Translations under genes and position numbers: made by a program
Notes under the pieces: generated by a model
What the model saw: the letters and a program-made list of their open reading frames with translations, nothing else
What the model was told of the DNA's origin: nothing
The model's database searches: none
Source: Octopus vulgaris
Taxonomy: Eukaryota
Assembly (NCBI GenBank): GCA_951406725.2
Contig: OX597814.1
Location: forward strand, 196,726,001-196,790,000
Direction of reading: 5' to 3'
DNA length: 64,000 nt
Part shown: one piece after another, positions 1 through 15,656 of the stretch
Layout of the letters: every line of letters starts with the position of its first letter
How positions within the stretch are numbered: the first letter of the stretch is position 1

Positions 1-187
1 GCTTAGTTTTTCCTTGAGGCTGGCCGCGTTGGAGCAAATATCAGAATTATTCAGCCGAAATTTGCTATGATTATCCGGTTTCTGACTGAAGATTAAAGGC
101 TTCGAATGACCCGTCTGTTTTCTGTGTTCGTCCCTTTGTGTATTTCACGTTCTTGTTTCTTTATATATAAATTTTATTCATATATTC

Positions 188-266
<79 letters not shown>

Positions 267-271
267 CATAC

Positions 272-316
<45 letters not shown>

Positions 317-400
317 TAAATTTATAAATAAGGATAATATCGATATTTTCAAGTGTGCAGCATGGGAAAAAAATACCATACAAAGGTAATAATTTTTTAC

Positions 401-562
401 AACTAAAAATAAGGGTGTCTGAGAGACACCACCATGCCGAAATAGCAGTCAAATCCCTGACTCTAAAAACCACGATATGAACATTTAATGTGGTTTTTAG
501 AGTCAGGGATTTGACTGCTATTTCGGCATGGTGGTGTCTCTCAGACACCCTTATTTTTAGTT
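401..562. repeat. Perfect 73-bp inverted repeat with 16-nt spacer
   Basis: 401-473 (AACTAAAAATAAGGGTGTC...AAAAACCAC) is the reverse complement of 490-562. Confidence 0.95.
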
Positions 563-581
563 ATGTATATATATATACGTA

Positions 582-965
582 GGCGCGGAAGTGGCTGTGT
601 GGTAAGAAGCTTGCTTCTCAACCATATGACTCCGGGTTGTTGAGTCCCACTGCGTGGCACCTTGAACAGGAGCCTTCTACTATAGCCTCGGGCCGACCAA
701 AACCTTGTGAGTGGATTTGGTAGACGGAATCTGAAAGAATCTCGTCGTATGTATATGTGCATGTATGTGTAATTGCATATGTGTCTGTGTTTGTCCCCCA
801 CCATCTCTTGACAACCAATTTTGTCTACGTCCCCGTAACTTGACGGTTCAACAAAGGAGAACGATAGAATAAGTACTAGGCTTACAGAGAATAAGTCCGG
901 GGTCGATTTGTTCTACTAAAGGCGGTGCTCCAGTATGGCTGCAGTCAAATGACTGATGTGAAAGA
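582..965 (+). mobile_element. tRNA-headed SINE, family A
   Basis: A-box-like TGGCTGTGTGG head, body GGCCGACCAAA...GGATTTGGTAGACGG, internal microsatellite, 3' half AAGGCGGTGCTCCAG; ~20 related copies in window. Confidence 0.85.
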
Positions 966-1019
966 ATATCAGAATATATATCTGTATTTATATATATATG
1001 TTCATGTGTAGAATATGTA

Positions 1020-1198
1020 AGCAGTAAGAGTGGCTGTGCGGTAAGTACCTTACTTACTAACAGCATGCTTCCGGGTTCAGTCCCACTCCGTGGCAACTTG
1101 GGCAAGTATCTTCTACTATAGCCTTGGGCCAACCAAAGCCTTGTGAGTAGATTTGGTAAACGGAAACTGAAAGAAACCTGTCGTATATATGTATATAC

Positions 1199-1266
<68 letters not shown>

Positions 1267-1486
1267 ATGTGTTTGTCTGTGTTCTTGTGTTTGTCTCACC
1301 AGCATCGCTTGACAACTGCTGCTAGTGTGCTTACGTCCCCGTAACCTAGCGGTTCGGCAAAGAAGACCGATAGAATGAGTACTAGGCTTACAAAGAATAA
1401 GTCCTGGGGTCGATTTGCTCGACTAAAAGTGGTGTTCCAGCATGGCCTTAGTCAAATGACTGAAACTATAAAAGAGTAAAAGAGTA
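1020..1486 (+). mobile_element. SINE family A
   Basis: A box TGGCTGTGCGG, B box GGTTCAGTCCC, internal (TA)n(TG)n, AAAAGAGT tail. Confidence 0.85.
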
Positions 1487-1675
1487 GATGTGGTTTCATC
1501 AACTAACGTAAAGTAAAACGTGTGTACCATGAATGTTCAGTTGGGTTCATCACTAAATCTCCGGCTAGGACTTAAACTGAACTTGTGGTGTTGAGACTGC
1601 GTATCAGCGACGACTAGAAGAGATATTTCGTTGAACTGGTAGATATAGATTAAAATAAAAACGAAAAAGGAAAAT

Positions 1676-1812
1676 TACTAACCACATGGCTCCGGGTTCA
1701 GTCCCACTGCGTGGCACTTTGGGCAAGTGTCTTCTACTATAGCCTCGGGCTGACCAAAGATTTCTGAGTGGATTTGGTAGACGGAAACTGAAAGAAGCCC
1801 GTCGTATATATG

Positions 1813-1864
<52 letters not shown>

Positions 1865-2086
1865 TGTGTGTGTTTGTGTGTCTGTGTTTGTCCCCTTAGC
1901 ATTGCTTGACAACCGATGCTGGTGTGTTTATGTCCCCGTTACTTAGCGGTTCGGCAAAAGAGACCGATAGAATAAGTACTGGGCTTACAAAAGAATAAGT
2001 CCCAGGGTCGAGTTGCTCGATTAAAGGCGGTGCTCCAGCATGGCCGCAGTCAAATGACTGAAACAAGTAAAAGAGTAAAAGAGAGA
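1676..2086 (+). mobile_element. SINE family A, 5'-truncated
   Basis: Starts just before the B box; same body and tail as other copies. Confidence 0.85.
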
Positions 2087-2418
2087 GTATCACTTGAAAC
2101 GGACATTTAATTTACATAGAGAATACATTCATATATACATCCCCCACCCCATAGACACGCATATTTATACATATATATATATATATATATATGAATATAT
2201 ACATGCGCACACACTAACACGCACTCATATATTAATGTCTGTTTTCACGTTAAGTTATAAAATTAAGTTTTCATTAGTCTGATCGGTTTCTCTATAATTT
2301 TGTAAAGTAAGAATTTATTAACTAAAACTAATGATATTTACGATGGATTAGAATTGTCGAAAATTCGAAGTTACTCTCAATAATATTCTTGTTTAATTAT
2401 ATACATATATATACATAC

Positions 2419-2515
<97 letters not shown>

Positions 2516-2516
2516 C

Positions 2517-2557
<41 letters not shown>

Positions 2558-2562
2558 TGTAT

Positions 2563-2606
<44 letters not shown>

Positions 2607-2733
2607 CTAAATCCAAGTATATATATATATATATACATATACATATACATATACTTATACATATATACACATACATATACATATACCTATACATATATAT
2701 ATATATATATATATATAAATTCTAAATCCAAGT

Positions 2734-2764
<31 letters not shown>

Positions 2765-2805
2765 CATATACTTATACATATATACACATACATATACATA
2801 TACCT

Positions 2806-2858
<53 letters not shown>

Positions 2859-2883
2859 CATATACATATATATATATACATAC

Positions 2884-2967
<84 letters not shown>

Positions 2968-3811
2968 ATGAGAGCAGGCGAACTATTATATAAGTGAAAT
3001 AATGAATTTAATCTATTAATGTTTAGAAGAGAAATGTGAGAATCATAGAGACACCAGCTATATAATCTACTCCATTTCAGAGGTTTTATTAAATAAATGG
3101 TAATATAAAGTTGATTAGTTTAGTAATAAGAGACTTGTCATTTTGTTTTATTTTTCGCAGGGTGTCAAGTCTGAAGTATTGTCTATGCTCTTCAAAAAGC
3201 CGTTCAAAATAGGTGATGCGTAAGCTATTGTATCTCGGGAACTGCAGGGAAAAATAAGAAGAGAAGTAGGTCAAAAGGGTTTGGAAAGATTTGTGGAAAT
3301 TGAAAGCTTGAGTGAGGAGAGTAGAAAGGAAGAGTGTTTGTTCTTCTCTGGAAGTGGTGCAAGTTTAGCCAGTTCAGAAGAACTAGAATCATTCTGTTAG
3401 TGGTAGAGAGACAGCGAGAGAAAGAAAGAAAGGTTAGATAGCCTGGTAGAGAGCAGGAGGTAGGACCCTGTCGAGCGGATGTCCTGTAACAATCATCGAG
3501 TTTCTTCGTCGAGTATTCTCTGCAGCTCCAAATTTGTGAGCAACATTCGACTAGGGGCCTCAGTATTTCTTATTTACAAAGAGAAAATTATGGAGATTTC
3601 TTCCATGCTTACAGTTCGGTACACCTCTATAGAACAACAGAAACTGAAAGGATGTATTTGCTTTAACTGGGCATTGAAATATCTAAATAAAAAAAAAAAT
3701 TTTTAACTACTTTCAGTTTCTGTCTACCAAACCCACCCACTACGCTTTGGTCAGCCCGAGGCTACAGTAGAAGGCTCTTGCACAAACCGCCACGAACCAT
3801 GTGGTTGGTGA

Positions 3812-3871
<60 letters not shown>

Positions 3872-4060
3872 AGGAAGAATTCACAAAAAAACAAACGACG
3901 AAGATATGTGGTGTAGACAACAAAGAGTTGTATGAGTATAACGTTCGGGAAGTGAAAATGTCTTTAAAGTTTCGAGCCTACGCTTTTCCACAGAAAGGAA
4001 CACAAAAAGAAACAAGGAGAGAAAATAAAGAATGTGTAGTGGCTAGCGATCTATCATGGC
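3872..4060 (-). mobile_element. Putative PLE terminal-repeat remnant with hammerhead-like motif at 3962-3997
   Basis: Homologous to 35493-35700 and 46448-46630; abuts (TA)n. Confidence 0.6.
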
Positions 4061-4100
4061 GAATGCCGGACATACATGCATAGTTTATGTGAGTGTATAT

Positions 4101-5053
<953 letters not shown>

Positions 5054-5130
5054 TTCTGTGGAAGTAGTGGGAGTGTTGGCACAAAGCATGCTATGTAAGT
5101 GGTAGCAGGGGCTGAAACGAATAAATAATT

Positions 5131-5880
5131 AGAAAGAAGTAGGAAGAAAGAAAGAAAGAAAGAAAGAAAAAAAAAAAAGGAAGAAGGAAAAAAAGGAAGA
5201 AGGAAAGAAAGAACGAAGGAAAGAAAGAACGAAAGAACGAAAGAAAGAAGGAAAGAAAGAACAAAAGAAAGAAAGAAAGATGGGAAGAAATAAAGAAAGA
5301 ACGAAGGAAAGAAAAACAGAAAGAACGAAATAAAGAAAGAATAAACGAAAGAACGAAAGAAAGAAAGAAGAAAGAATGAATGAAAGAACGATTGAAAGAA
5401 AGAAAGAAAGAAAGAAAGAAAGAACGAAGGAAAGAAAGAAAGAACGAAGGAAAGAACTAAAGAAAGAAGGAAAGAAAGAACAAAAGAAAGAAAGAATGAT
5501 GGGAAGAAATAAAGAAAGAAGAAAGAATGAATGAGAGAATGATTGAAAGAAAGAAAGAAAGAACGCAAGAAAGAAAGAAAGAAAGACCGAAAGACTGAAA
5601 GAAACAAAGAACGAAAGAAGGAATGAAAGAAAGAAGGAAAGAAAGAACGGAAGAAAGAACGAAAGAAAGAACGAAAAAAGAAGGAAAGACTGAAAGAACG
5701 AAAGAAAGAACGGAAGAAAGAACGAAAGAAAGAAAGAAAGAAAGAAAGAAAGAACGAAAGAAAGATCGAAATAAAGAAAGAACGAAAGAAAGAAAGAACG
5801 AAAGAAAGAAAGAACGAAAGAAAGATCGAAAGAAAGAAACAAAGAAAGAACGAAGGAAAGAAAGAGACAGACAAAAAGAG
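5131..5880. repeat. Degenerate (GAAA)n polypurine tract with an internal ~220-bp duplication
   Basis: GATGGGAAGAAATAAAG recurs at ~5279 and ~5498. Confidence 0.9.
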
Positions 5881-6194
5881 CTTAGATGAATCGTGGTCGT
5901 GATGCTTGAGCATGTCTGGGCCAGCCTGTCAATGAGACCCGCATATTAGTTCAACACTAAGTGAAAATGGGTGCGTCAGCCATATTAAATGCCGATACCT
6001 CCACGGAATCAGTGTTGCCTTACGTGAATTGGTTTTATCATTGAAATCGCTGCTTTTTAAGACACGGTAGAAAAGAACTGCTTTGTCAAATATTCGCCTT
6101 TGTTTTTCCTTTGAACACAAATTCGAAATCTTTTTACTTTTGTTATTAATAAGGTTCGTCGAAATTCTGGGATGGTAACATGATGCTCTTTTAT

Positions 6195-6390
<196 letters not shown>

Positions 6391-6809
6391 TCGATTTTCC
6401 AGGCCTTTTGTAAATGTTTTTCTATGAATATTAATGATTAATTTTGGCCAAAATGATGCAACTAAACTGTAGAAAAAGTAGAATTATTAATTTCATTTAT
6501 CAAATATTTACACAACTTCACAGAAACGAGTACATTTTCTCCAATTCATCACTATATAAAATTCAGCCGTTATATAAATGGGTCCGAGGAAGTTTCGAAA
6601 AGATTTGGAGCGCAAATTTACAGGTGATGTATAAAATGTTGCTTCAAGTCCTTTCTGTGGATATCACGTACTATATTATTATTCTTGTTTAAAGCATTGG
6701 AGTAAAACCACAGCGGTGTACAACTCTGCATGCTTATAACTGAAGATAGTGTCCAGTAATGTCATATGAAGGACTTTAATTTATTGGTTTGAAGATGAAG
6801 AATTTCGGG

Positions 6810-6987
6810 GTAGGCGGTAAGATGATTACATTAACCCCAGTGTGCAACTGGTACTTATTTTATCGACCCTGAAAGGATGAAAGGCATAGTTAACCGCGGT
6901 GGAAATTGAATTCAGAATGCGACGACAGATGAAATGCCACTAAGCATTTTTCCCTGCCTGCTAACCATTCTATCAGCTCAACGCCTT
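6810..6987 (-). mobile_element. SINE family B, diverged
   Basis: CTGGTACTTATTTTATCGACCCTGAAAGGATGAAAGGC core shared with other B copies. Confidence 0.75.
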
Positions 6988-7013
6988 AATAATTTTAATA
7001 AATGATATATATT

Positions 7014-7424
7014 TTTTCTACTCTAAGCACAAGGCTCGAAATTTTTGGGGAGTGGGCCAGTCGATTAGTTCAACCCCAGTACGTAACTGTACTGAGAGGA
7101 TGAAAGGCAAAGTTGAACTCGGCGGTATTTGAACTCAGAACGTAAAGACAGAGGAAATACAGTTAGGCATTTCGCACGGCGTCCAAACGTTTCTTATTTC
7201 TTTATTGCTCACAAGGGGTTAAACATAGAGGGGACAAACAAGGACAAACATAGGGATTAAGTCGATTAGATCGACCCCAGTACGCAACTGGTACTTAAAT
7301 CAACAACTCTGAAAGGATGAAAGGCAAAGGCGATCTTGCGGAATTTGAACTCAAAACGTAAAGATAGACGAAAAACTGCTAAGCATTTCGCCCGGCGTGC
7401 AAACGTTTCTGCCTGCTCGCCGCC
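7014..7424 (-). mobile_element. SINE family B dimer with 19-bp target-site duplication
   Basis: TTAATAAATGATATATATT at 6995-7013 and 7425-7443; two B-box/core units. Confidence 0.85.
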
Positions 7425-7561
7425 TTAATAAATGATATATATTATTATATATTAGATGTAGTTCTATCCTATTGCGTGGAATCTTGGGCAAGTGCCTTCT
7501 ACTATAACCTCGGGCTAATCCAAAATTTTGTGAGCGGATCTGGTGGACAGAAACTGAAACC

Positions 7562-7785
7562 GAGTATACGTGTGGAGACAGCCAAAAGAAGTATTTGACC
7601 CAGACTACCTTCTTCCAACTGTTAAACATGGAGGAGGATCTGTGATGATCAGAAGGGCGGTTACATCTTGGAAATCCACAGGCCCAATGGTTTCCCTTCA
7701 TGCCAGAATTAATAGTCAAGACTATTTAAGCATTTTATCTGATCAAATTCATCCTATGGTTGCGGAACTGTTTCCGAAGGGAAGC
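7562..7785 (+). pseudogene. Tc1-family transposase fragment
   Basis: VWRQPKEVFDPDYLLPTVKHGGGSVM...INSQDYLSIL matches the Tc1 catalytic-domain motif. Confidence 0.9.
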
Positions 7786-8534
7786 GAAACCTTGTCATTT
7801 CGCCCGGCGTGCTGACGTTTCTGCCAGCTTGCTGCCTTTTAGTTTAGAATATTGATAAGAAATGTCATTTTAGATTTAGCATTTAAGCATCGAAGACATT
7901 CTCCGCACCAGTACATTCTTGTGCCCTAGTAACCAATAAATATCATAACATATCGATCTTTGGTTTTAAATGCATTCTAGAAACACCTTGCTATTTATCA
8001 AATTTTCAATTTGGGCAACGGCATGTAACCTTCATGATTGATTATACATTTTAGGAGTACATTGCAGGAAATGTACTTCAATAGGCTTCGGTTAGCCGTA
8101 TAAGAAACCGTCGATATACTCATATCAAGTACTCATAGATAAATGATTCCACGCATTCATTAATTTAATTCCTAAAAAAAATAATATCTACTAACTTAAA
8201 TACGGTTAATACTTTAGATAAGCTCTTAATCTCAGGACATTTAGAAAAATGCAATGTGAAAAGTCAGAAGAAAAAGCCACCATATTTCTATAAATAACAC
8301 ACAAGTAGAATGATTTATTATAGGACCGCAAATAAAATCTTTAATAGAAACACCTACCACATCAATGACTTACGAGCCAGCTGATTCAATGACAAGATAA
8401 ACTCCTCATCTAACCCAATCTGTAAAAGAAAAAGGAAAATGAGTTTTATTATCAGAAGGATTCACTTGATGCCAAATATATCAGAGAATCGTTTCAAGCT
8501 AAATTATATATGCACATATATATGCACATATATA

Positions 8535-8957
8535 GGCGCAGGAGTGGCTGTGTGGTAAGTAGCTTGCTAACCAACCACATGGTTCCGGGTTCAGTCCCAC
8601 TGCGTGGCATCTTGGGCAAGTGTCTTCTGCTATAGCCCCGGGCCGACCAATGCCTTGTGAGTGGATTTGGTAGACGGAAACTGAAAAGAAGCCTGTCGTA
8701 TATATGTATATATATATAAGTGTGTGTGTATATGTTTGTGTGTCTGTGTTTGTCCCCCCCCCCCAGCATTGCTTGACAACCGATGCTGGTGTGTTTACGT
8801 GCCCGTCACTTAGCGGTTCGGCAAAAGAGACCGATAGAATAAGTACTGGGCTTACAAAGAATAAGTCCCGGGGTCGATTTGCTCGACTAAAGGCGGTGCT
8901 CCAGCATGGCCGCAGTCAAATGACTGAAACAAGTAAAAGAGAGTAAAAAGAGAGTAA
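8535..8957 (+). mobile_element. SINE family A, full length
   Basis: GGCGCAGGAGTGGCTGTGTGG head through AAGTAAAAGAGAGTAA tail. Confidence 0.9.
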
Positions 8958-9584
8958 TTCTAAACAACTATAAATAGTATAAAGCAATTTCAAAGACACA
9001 ATCTTAAATTTACCTATAAGTGCTTTAATAATAAAATATCCCATAAAAATATCTGAATCATGGTATATAAATATCAACTCATGCCCATCCTTTTAAACAA
9101 AAACAACTATATAGGAAAGAGTGTAACCCTGCAAGTGGAATGAATGCGACGTAACACATACAATTTAGATATGTTTAGCTCAATGAAAGTCTACTCATGG
9201 ATAATTCAAACCTGCTTTTTTTCTATACAGCTATGAAAGCTGGACTGTTTAGTGAAATACATCTGGCTACCAAAATTATTTCCATATACATATATCAAAC
9301 AAAGATCCATCGAATGAGGTAAGACTTTCACAAATATTGCGAGAAGACGAAATCCTGTTACAGCACATAAGTAGCTCGTGCAAAAAAACATCTACGTATC
9401 CTCCCATGATACGTATTCCATCACCAAATCAGCGCCTTTGGGGAAATGTAGACATTTAGAAAAATACCTGCTATACAATTATATGATACAATTTTTCTTT
9501 CATAAAATATATTAACATATCTATAGTTACTATGAGTATTCACATACATACAGACTCACATACATACATACATACATACATACA

Positions 9585-9650
<66 letters not shown>

Positions 9651-9688
9651 CATGCATACATACATACATACATACATACATACATACA

Positions 9689-9850
9689 GGCGCAGGCGTG
9701 GGTGTGTGGTGAGAAGCTTACTTCCCAACCACATGTTTATGGGTTCAGTCCTACCGCGTGGCATGTTGGACAAGTGTCTTGTATTATAGCCTTCGGCCGA
9801 CCAAGGCCTTGTGAGTTGATTTGGTAGAGGGAAACTGAAAAAAGTTTGCT
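9689..9850 (+). mobile_element. SINE family A, 5' half
   Basis: Head and B box, ending in (TA)n. Confidence 0.8.
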
Positions 9851-9920
9851 GTGTATGTATATATATATATATATATATGACATATATATATCTATATATA
9901 AAACATATATATATGACATA

Positions 9921-10302
9921 CTAGCAGTATCGCCCGGCGTTGCTCGGCTTTGTAAGGGAAATAACTATAAAGCATTTTTAGAGAGTTATAGCCAAAAAAA
10001 TAGCCAAAAAATGGGGAAAAAATGATGGTAAATTTTTTGAGAGTTAAAAAGGTCGAGTTGCGTCCCCCCAGACAGTCTGTGGTTTGTGTTTCTGATTCTC
10101 GACCCCATGTCGAATTTATCGATTTTTTTCAGAACTGGGGGAACTTTTCAAAATTTTCGCTGCGTTAGTTTTGAATTATAACATTGGGCTATGTGTGTGT
10201 CAAGTTTCATCAGAATCGGTTGAAAGCCGTGGTCAGGGTGAGGGTACAACCAAACAGACACACAGAAACACACACAGACAAACTGCCGTTTATATATAGA
10301 GA
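9921..10302 (-). mobile_element. Non-autonomous Helitron
   Basis: Minus strand begins A|TC, has subterminal hairpin CCGAGCAACGCCGGG, ends CTAG|T. Confidence 0.8.
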
Positions 10303-10319
10303 TATATATATATATATAA

Positions 10320-10377
<58 letters not shown>

Positions 10378-10379
10378 AA

Positions 10380-10416
<37 letters not shown>

Positions 10417-10939
10417 GATGAAATGTATAGACGCGTGGTGTTATATAAAGTCGTTGACTCGAATTTGATGTTTGCTCTCTAGTCAATTTCCTGTAAGCAC
10501 TTCTTTTTTGCAGTCTTATAAACTCATTTGACTCCATAAAAAGTGGCAAAAATTAATTTCTGTCCTAGATGTATATATTTGTGTGTGCGTCTCTGTATTT
10601 TTTTTCCCTCCGTCGCTTGCCAACCAATGCTGGTGTGTTTAAGGTAGGGCTCCAGCATGGCTGAACTCATATGACTGAAACATGTAAAAGAAAAGAATTT
10701 TTAAATGCACACACCCATACACACATATATATACACACACACACACATATACATACATATAAGTATGTATATATACATAAATATATACATGTATATGTAA
10801 ATATACACTTTTCGGACTCACCGTCGAAGATGACGTGTGAACATTCAACTTTTGCCGAACAACTGCACAGAGGATTTGCTTAGAGTGATCCAATTTTGGT
10901 GGTGCACATTAGCACAAACTCTCCATCAATTTCGACCTT

Positions 10940-11073
10940 GTCTGAACAGATGCACTGTGTACCACGTGTGAAGTGTCTTGCTTTGCTTAAGAACACAGCG
11001 CATCGCCTAGTCTGGGAATTGAAATCACGATCTTGCATTCTTGAGTACAACACCCTAACCACTATGCCATGCG
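10940..11073 (-). mobile_element. Diverged tRNA-headed SINE head
   Basis: Minus strand GCATGGCATAGTGGTTAGGG...GATTTCAATTCCCAGAC resembles the family C head. Confidence 0.6.
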
Positions 11074-11613
11074 CTTTCAAACACACAAACACACAAACAC
11101 ACAAACACACACACACTTTATAATAACTTTATACTTTGTAATTTTCTTCCCTTCCTTTGGATTTTTACTTTAAACTGTCCGCGGTTTTCATCTCGGGATT
11201 TCATAAACTGAATGCTTTTTAATATTCCTTTGTATATATAAGAGCAATACTTCATTTATGCCATCGAAAGATTTAACGGAAACGGAAACAGGGAGAATTT
11301 CCCAATTCGTGTACTTCCTTTAATTTTTACTAAATAAATGTATATGAGTTTATTGCATGTTCCTACACACACATAATAATTGCTCTCGTGTATTTTTCTC
11401 TCTCTCTCTTTCTCTCCTCTCTCACTATATATACATACATATATACATATGAATATACTCTTGTATATATATATATATATATATTTTAATAAATTTTCAT
11501 TTCTTGTTTCATGGCACTCACTTTTCAACATTTGTGTTTACTTTTACTTTCGTTATCCTCCCGTACATGTACTTTCATATCTATCTATATCTATATATCT
11601 ATCCATCTATCGT

Positions 11614-11733
<120 letters not shown>

Positions 11734-13438
11734 GTATATATACATACATATGTATGTACATGCACATTTATATGGGTGTACGCTTGCATGTGCTTGTGCA
11801 TGGCTATGTATGTGTGTATATCCTGCACACAACCTTTTCTACACAAAATTTTCCCTTCTTCTAAAGTAGTATCAACTAAACAGGAATTACATGATTAGAA
11901 AGCGGGCTGCTAAACCGCAAAAGCGTTCTAATCCTCAGATCCGTTGACGTTTTGAATCGTCGGTGTGAAATTCACGCAAAAGTTGAAGTAAAATATATAT
12001 CCAGCTAAACAGAAAAGAAAAGGCAGGAAAAGGTATAACGGTTTTGCCAAAATTCTTTTACCTAGATTGATGTTTTACTTAAATGCAACACAAAATTTTA
12101 AAAGGTGAGAGAAATAAATTACACATTAATGGCTTAATCAAATTGAATTGGTTTCTAACGTTAAATATAAGCCAAAGTTTAAATTTTTCTGTAAAGAAGT
12201 TTGCTTGTGAGCGTAAGTGTTAACGAAACTTCAAAAGCAGAAGAAGAAGAAAGGGTTACAGCTAAAGAATATTTTTAGTGTGAAAATATTATTTTAAAAT
12301 GTTTCAACCATTTATAAACAAGTTAACTTCTTAAATTTACCAAAAAATAACAAAAACAAAAGAAGAAGAAAACAGCAGCTTAAGAAAATTTCATTTGACA
12401 TTGCAAGACTTTTAATCGTTAAAAATCTTTTGATTCAGTTAGACTTTTTGAAGCAATAGACGAACACATGAACTGTTTCATTTTCGTTACTAATGTTAGG
12501 GTTTCCATTTGAAGAGATTAAGGCAGGTTAAGACGAATGTATTTCTAAATGTCATTCACAGAAATTTGTCAAGATTTCCTGTACTTTAAAACGTACTTTT
12601 TATATAATTTCGAAAAAAAAAAAAAAAAAAATCTTTTCACATTCATATCTTTTTTTTTCTTCATTTCGTTTACTTTATATTTCCGCTTGCTTAAGCATAT
12701 AACATACGCTACACATACACATAGAATCACACACACATCACTCTCACTCTCTCTCTCTCTCTCTCTCTCCACACACACACACATATATATATGTGTAGTT
12801 AGATAGATAGATAGATAGATAGATAGATACTCTCTTTAGCGTAACCCTGTTCATTATAAACTTATATCACATATACGTATGTTCACAAGTATACGGTCTT
12901 TCCAAAAATATCATGGAAATACGTATGTATACTGACTCTCTTAGATACATACATATAAGCAGACTATTGATTATACGTACACCTGCATACACTTACAAAC
13001 CTGTAAGAGTAGGTATATCTGTAGTGAAAGGGACTTCATCCTATATTGTTAGTAGTAAACTCACTGCTTGTTACAAGGGGACCAGTAACCATTACAATAT
13101 GTAGCGGCGATAGGTCAACACGTTGTTCTGAGACTGACCAAAGAATTTTTATTTTTAGATATAAATGATGTACTTAAATGTAGTTGTTTTTAGCTTCTGC
13201 TTTTTCCATGATCACATGTGAGTATTTTATTTATATTCCCTCGTAAGCTCTACGGAAGAAGAATGTATCCTTTATAGGGATTAATTCCGAAATTGATTCA
13301 ATATAGAGATAACGAAATTTAAATTTTCTAAAGGTTAGTTGCCCGCTTTCAGCTCAATTTTCCTGTAACAAGTGGATTATAAGTGGATAAATCAGTGTAT
13401 TGGCTTTAGAATAACCTTCTTTAGCCCTTAATTATAAG

Positions 13439-13542
<104 letters not shown>

Positions 13543-13827
13543 GTATATATATGTATGTATATATATATATATGTATGTATGTATCTATGTATGTATCTAT
13601 GTATATATATATGTATGAATGTGTATATATATATAAACATACATGCATATACATACATATATACATATATGTGTGTGTGTGTGTATTTGTATATGAATAT
13701 ATATGTGTATAAACATATGTATATATGTATATATGTCTGTATATATATGTATATGCATATATATATATATATATATACATGCACACTCACCCCTTACCCT
13801 TAAATATATATGCTTGTAAAGTGTCTA

Positions 13828-13858
<31 letters not shown>

Positions 13859-14284
13859 GCGCATGTATATGTATATGTTTATGTAAATACATATCCATAT
13901 AGCAACGCAACGGTACGACTAAATTTCAAATCCAAAATTTTGGTTAAGTGTAAACATATGGGCAAATTTTCCTTTGTTGAACTGGAAGACACGACCCTTT
14001 TCGGATTAAGCATACAGTCTCACAGACTTCGAGTCCCTCCCCATTCAGTTAATTTTTGGCAACCATATTATTTCTCATCATTACGGACATTCGGACGTAA
14101 TTCTTGATTTTCTTTTTTTTAATTTTTACCTTTACTTCTCTCTCCCGCTTTCTCGTATTTTCCCAAAGACCAGCGTCCTTACTCGTTTCTCGGAGTTTGG
14201 CTTTTCAAAGACCAGCCATATTGTGAATTGACCCTAAGAAATTTTTTGGAAACATAAGATTTCATATATAAGCCTGCCATTAAA

Positions 14285-14675
14285 TCTATATATGTAAAGC
14301 TGAAGTTGTCTGTGTATGGCAGGTTTTGTAGCCTTCAACTAACACTATCTTCTCCGAGACCCTGCGGCGCAAGTTGACCAAAATTGAGAGTAGGATAGAA
14401 GAAGGCTTCCTCTTCCTTCCGTAGTAGAAAAAAATTCAAATCGGGCCATGTTAACACCAAAAATTATTTACATCAAAAAGGTGCTTTTTTTCTATGAAGA
14501 TCCCTATTTTTTACGATTTTTTGACTGCTGTGTCGACATTTTTCGGTGTATTTCAACCAGAAAAATGTTCACTGAAAGAGACTAACAAGCTACATAATGC
14601 AAAATTTTTGCTTTTCAAAAATTCCAATTCTAAAGGATCGAAACAAACCCGAGCAATGCCAGGCGATGCTGCTAG
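14285..14675 (+). mobile_element. Non-autonomous Helitron
   Basis: A|TCTATATATG start; hairpin CCCGAGCAATGCCAGG; CTAG|T end; 3' end similar to the 9921 element. Confidence 0.8.
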
Positions 14676-15190
14676 TAGTGTATATTACACCAAATTTATC
14701 ATTCACAGGATGAAGTATCTTTTTGTCTATCCACCCAATACAGGTGTATCTAATTTTCAAACTGCGTATGTGTGTGTGTTTTTATATATCTGAAGGCATA
14801 CAGATAATATTTATATATACGGAAGCGCATATGGACAGAAATGCATATATTTCTGTCCGTGTGTGTCCGCCCAGATACCTCTCTACGAATAGGATTCTCT
14901 GTCTCTCTTTCTCTCTTAAATCTCTCTTTCTCTCTCCCTCTCTCACAACTTATTTGTGCATAAGTGAGTGTATTTCTTTATGTATTTTCTGTAAACATAT
15001 ACATATACAAATAAATGTATAAATACATATGATCATCTAAATCTGTACCTCTAAATATATAAACACACACATATAATACACACACAGACTCACACTCACC
15101 CATCCGCACACATACACAAACATATTAATGTGTTGGCATATTGTATATGTTTTAATGTCTCTGTCTGTGTTTGGGCGTGGGTGAATCCAC

Positions 15191-15261
<71 letters not shown>

Positions 15262-15274
15262 AATATATACATAC

Positions 15275-15323
<49 letters not shown>

Positions 15324-15583
15324 CATATACACATACTAACATATAGGCACTAAAATAAACATACGCCCACAGAGATCTATAAATTTACGCAATCAGAATA
15401 CGTCTCACATCGCTGGACTCTGTGTAGTCAATCGGTGCACCAGTGATTGTAAACTGTTTATTCCACGTCAAAGTCACTTCAAAAAACAGTAAATTTTGTG
15501 AGAGCAATGTTTTCACTGGAATCAAATAGTCTAAATCAAAGTACTTGTATAAGCGTGTGTATGTGTGTATTTATATGTATGGG

Positions 15584-15656
<73 letters not shown>

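Noticed and set aside
1-180. Hammerhead-like GGCTG...CAGCC-GAAA
   Set aside because: 5' core absent and element cut by the window edge.
3089-3570. Possible retroelement ORF fragment on minus strand
   Set aside because: No diagnostic motif.
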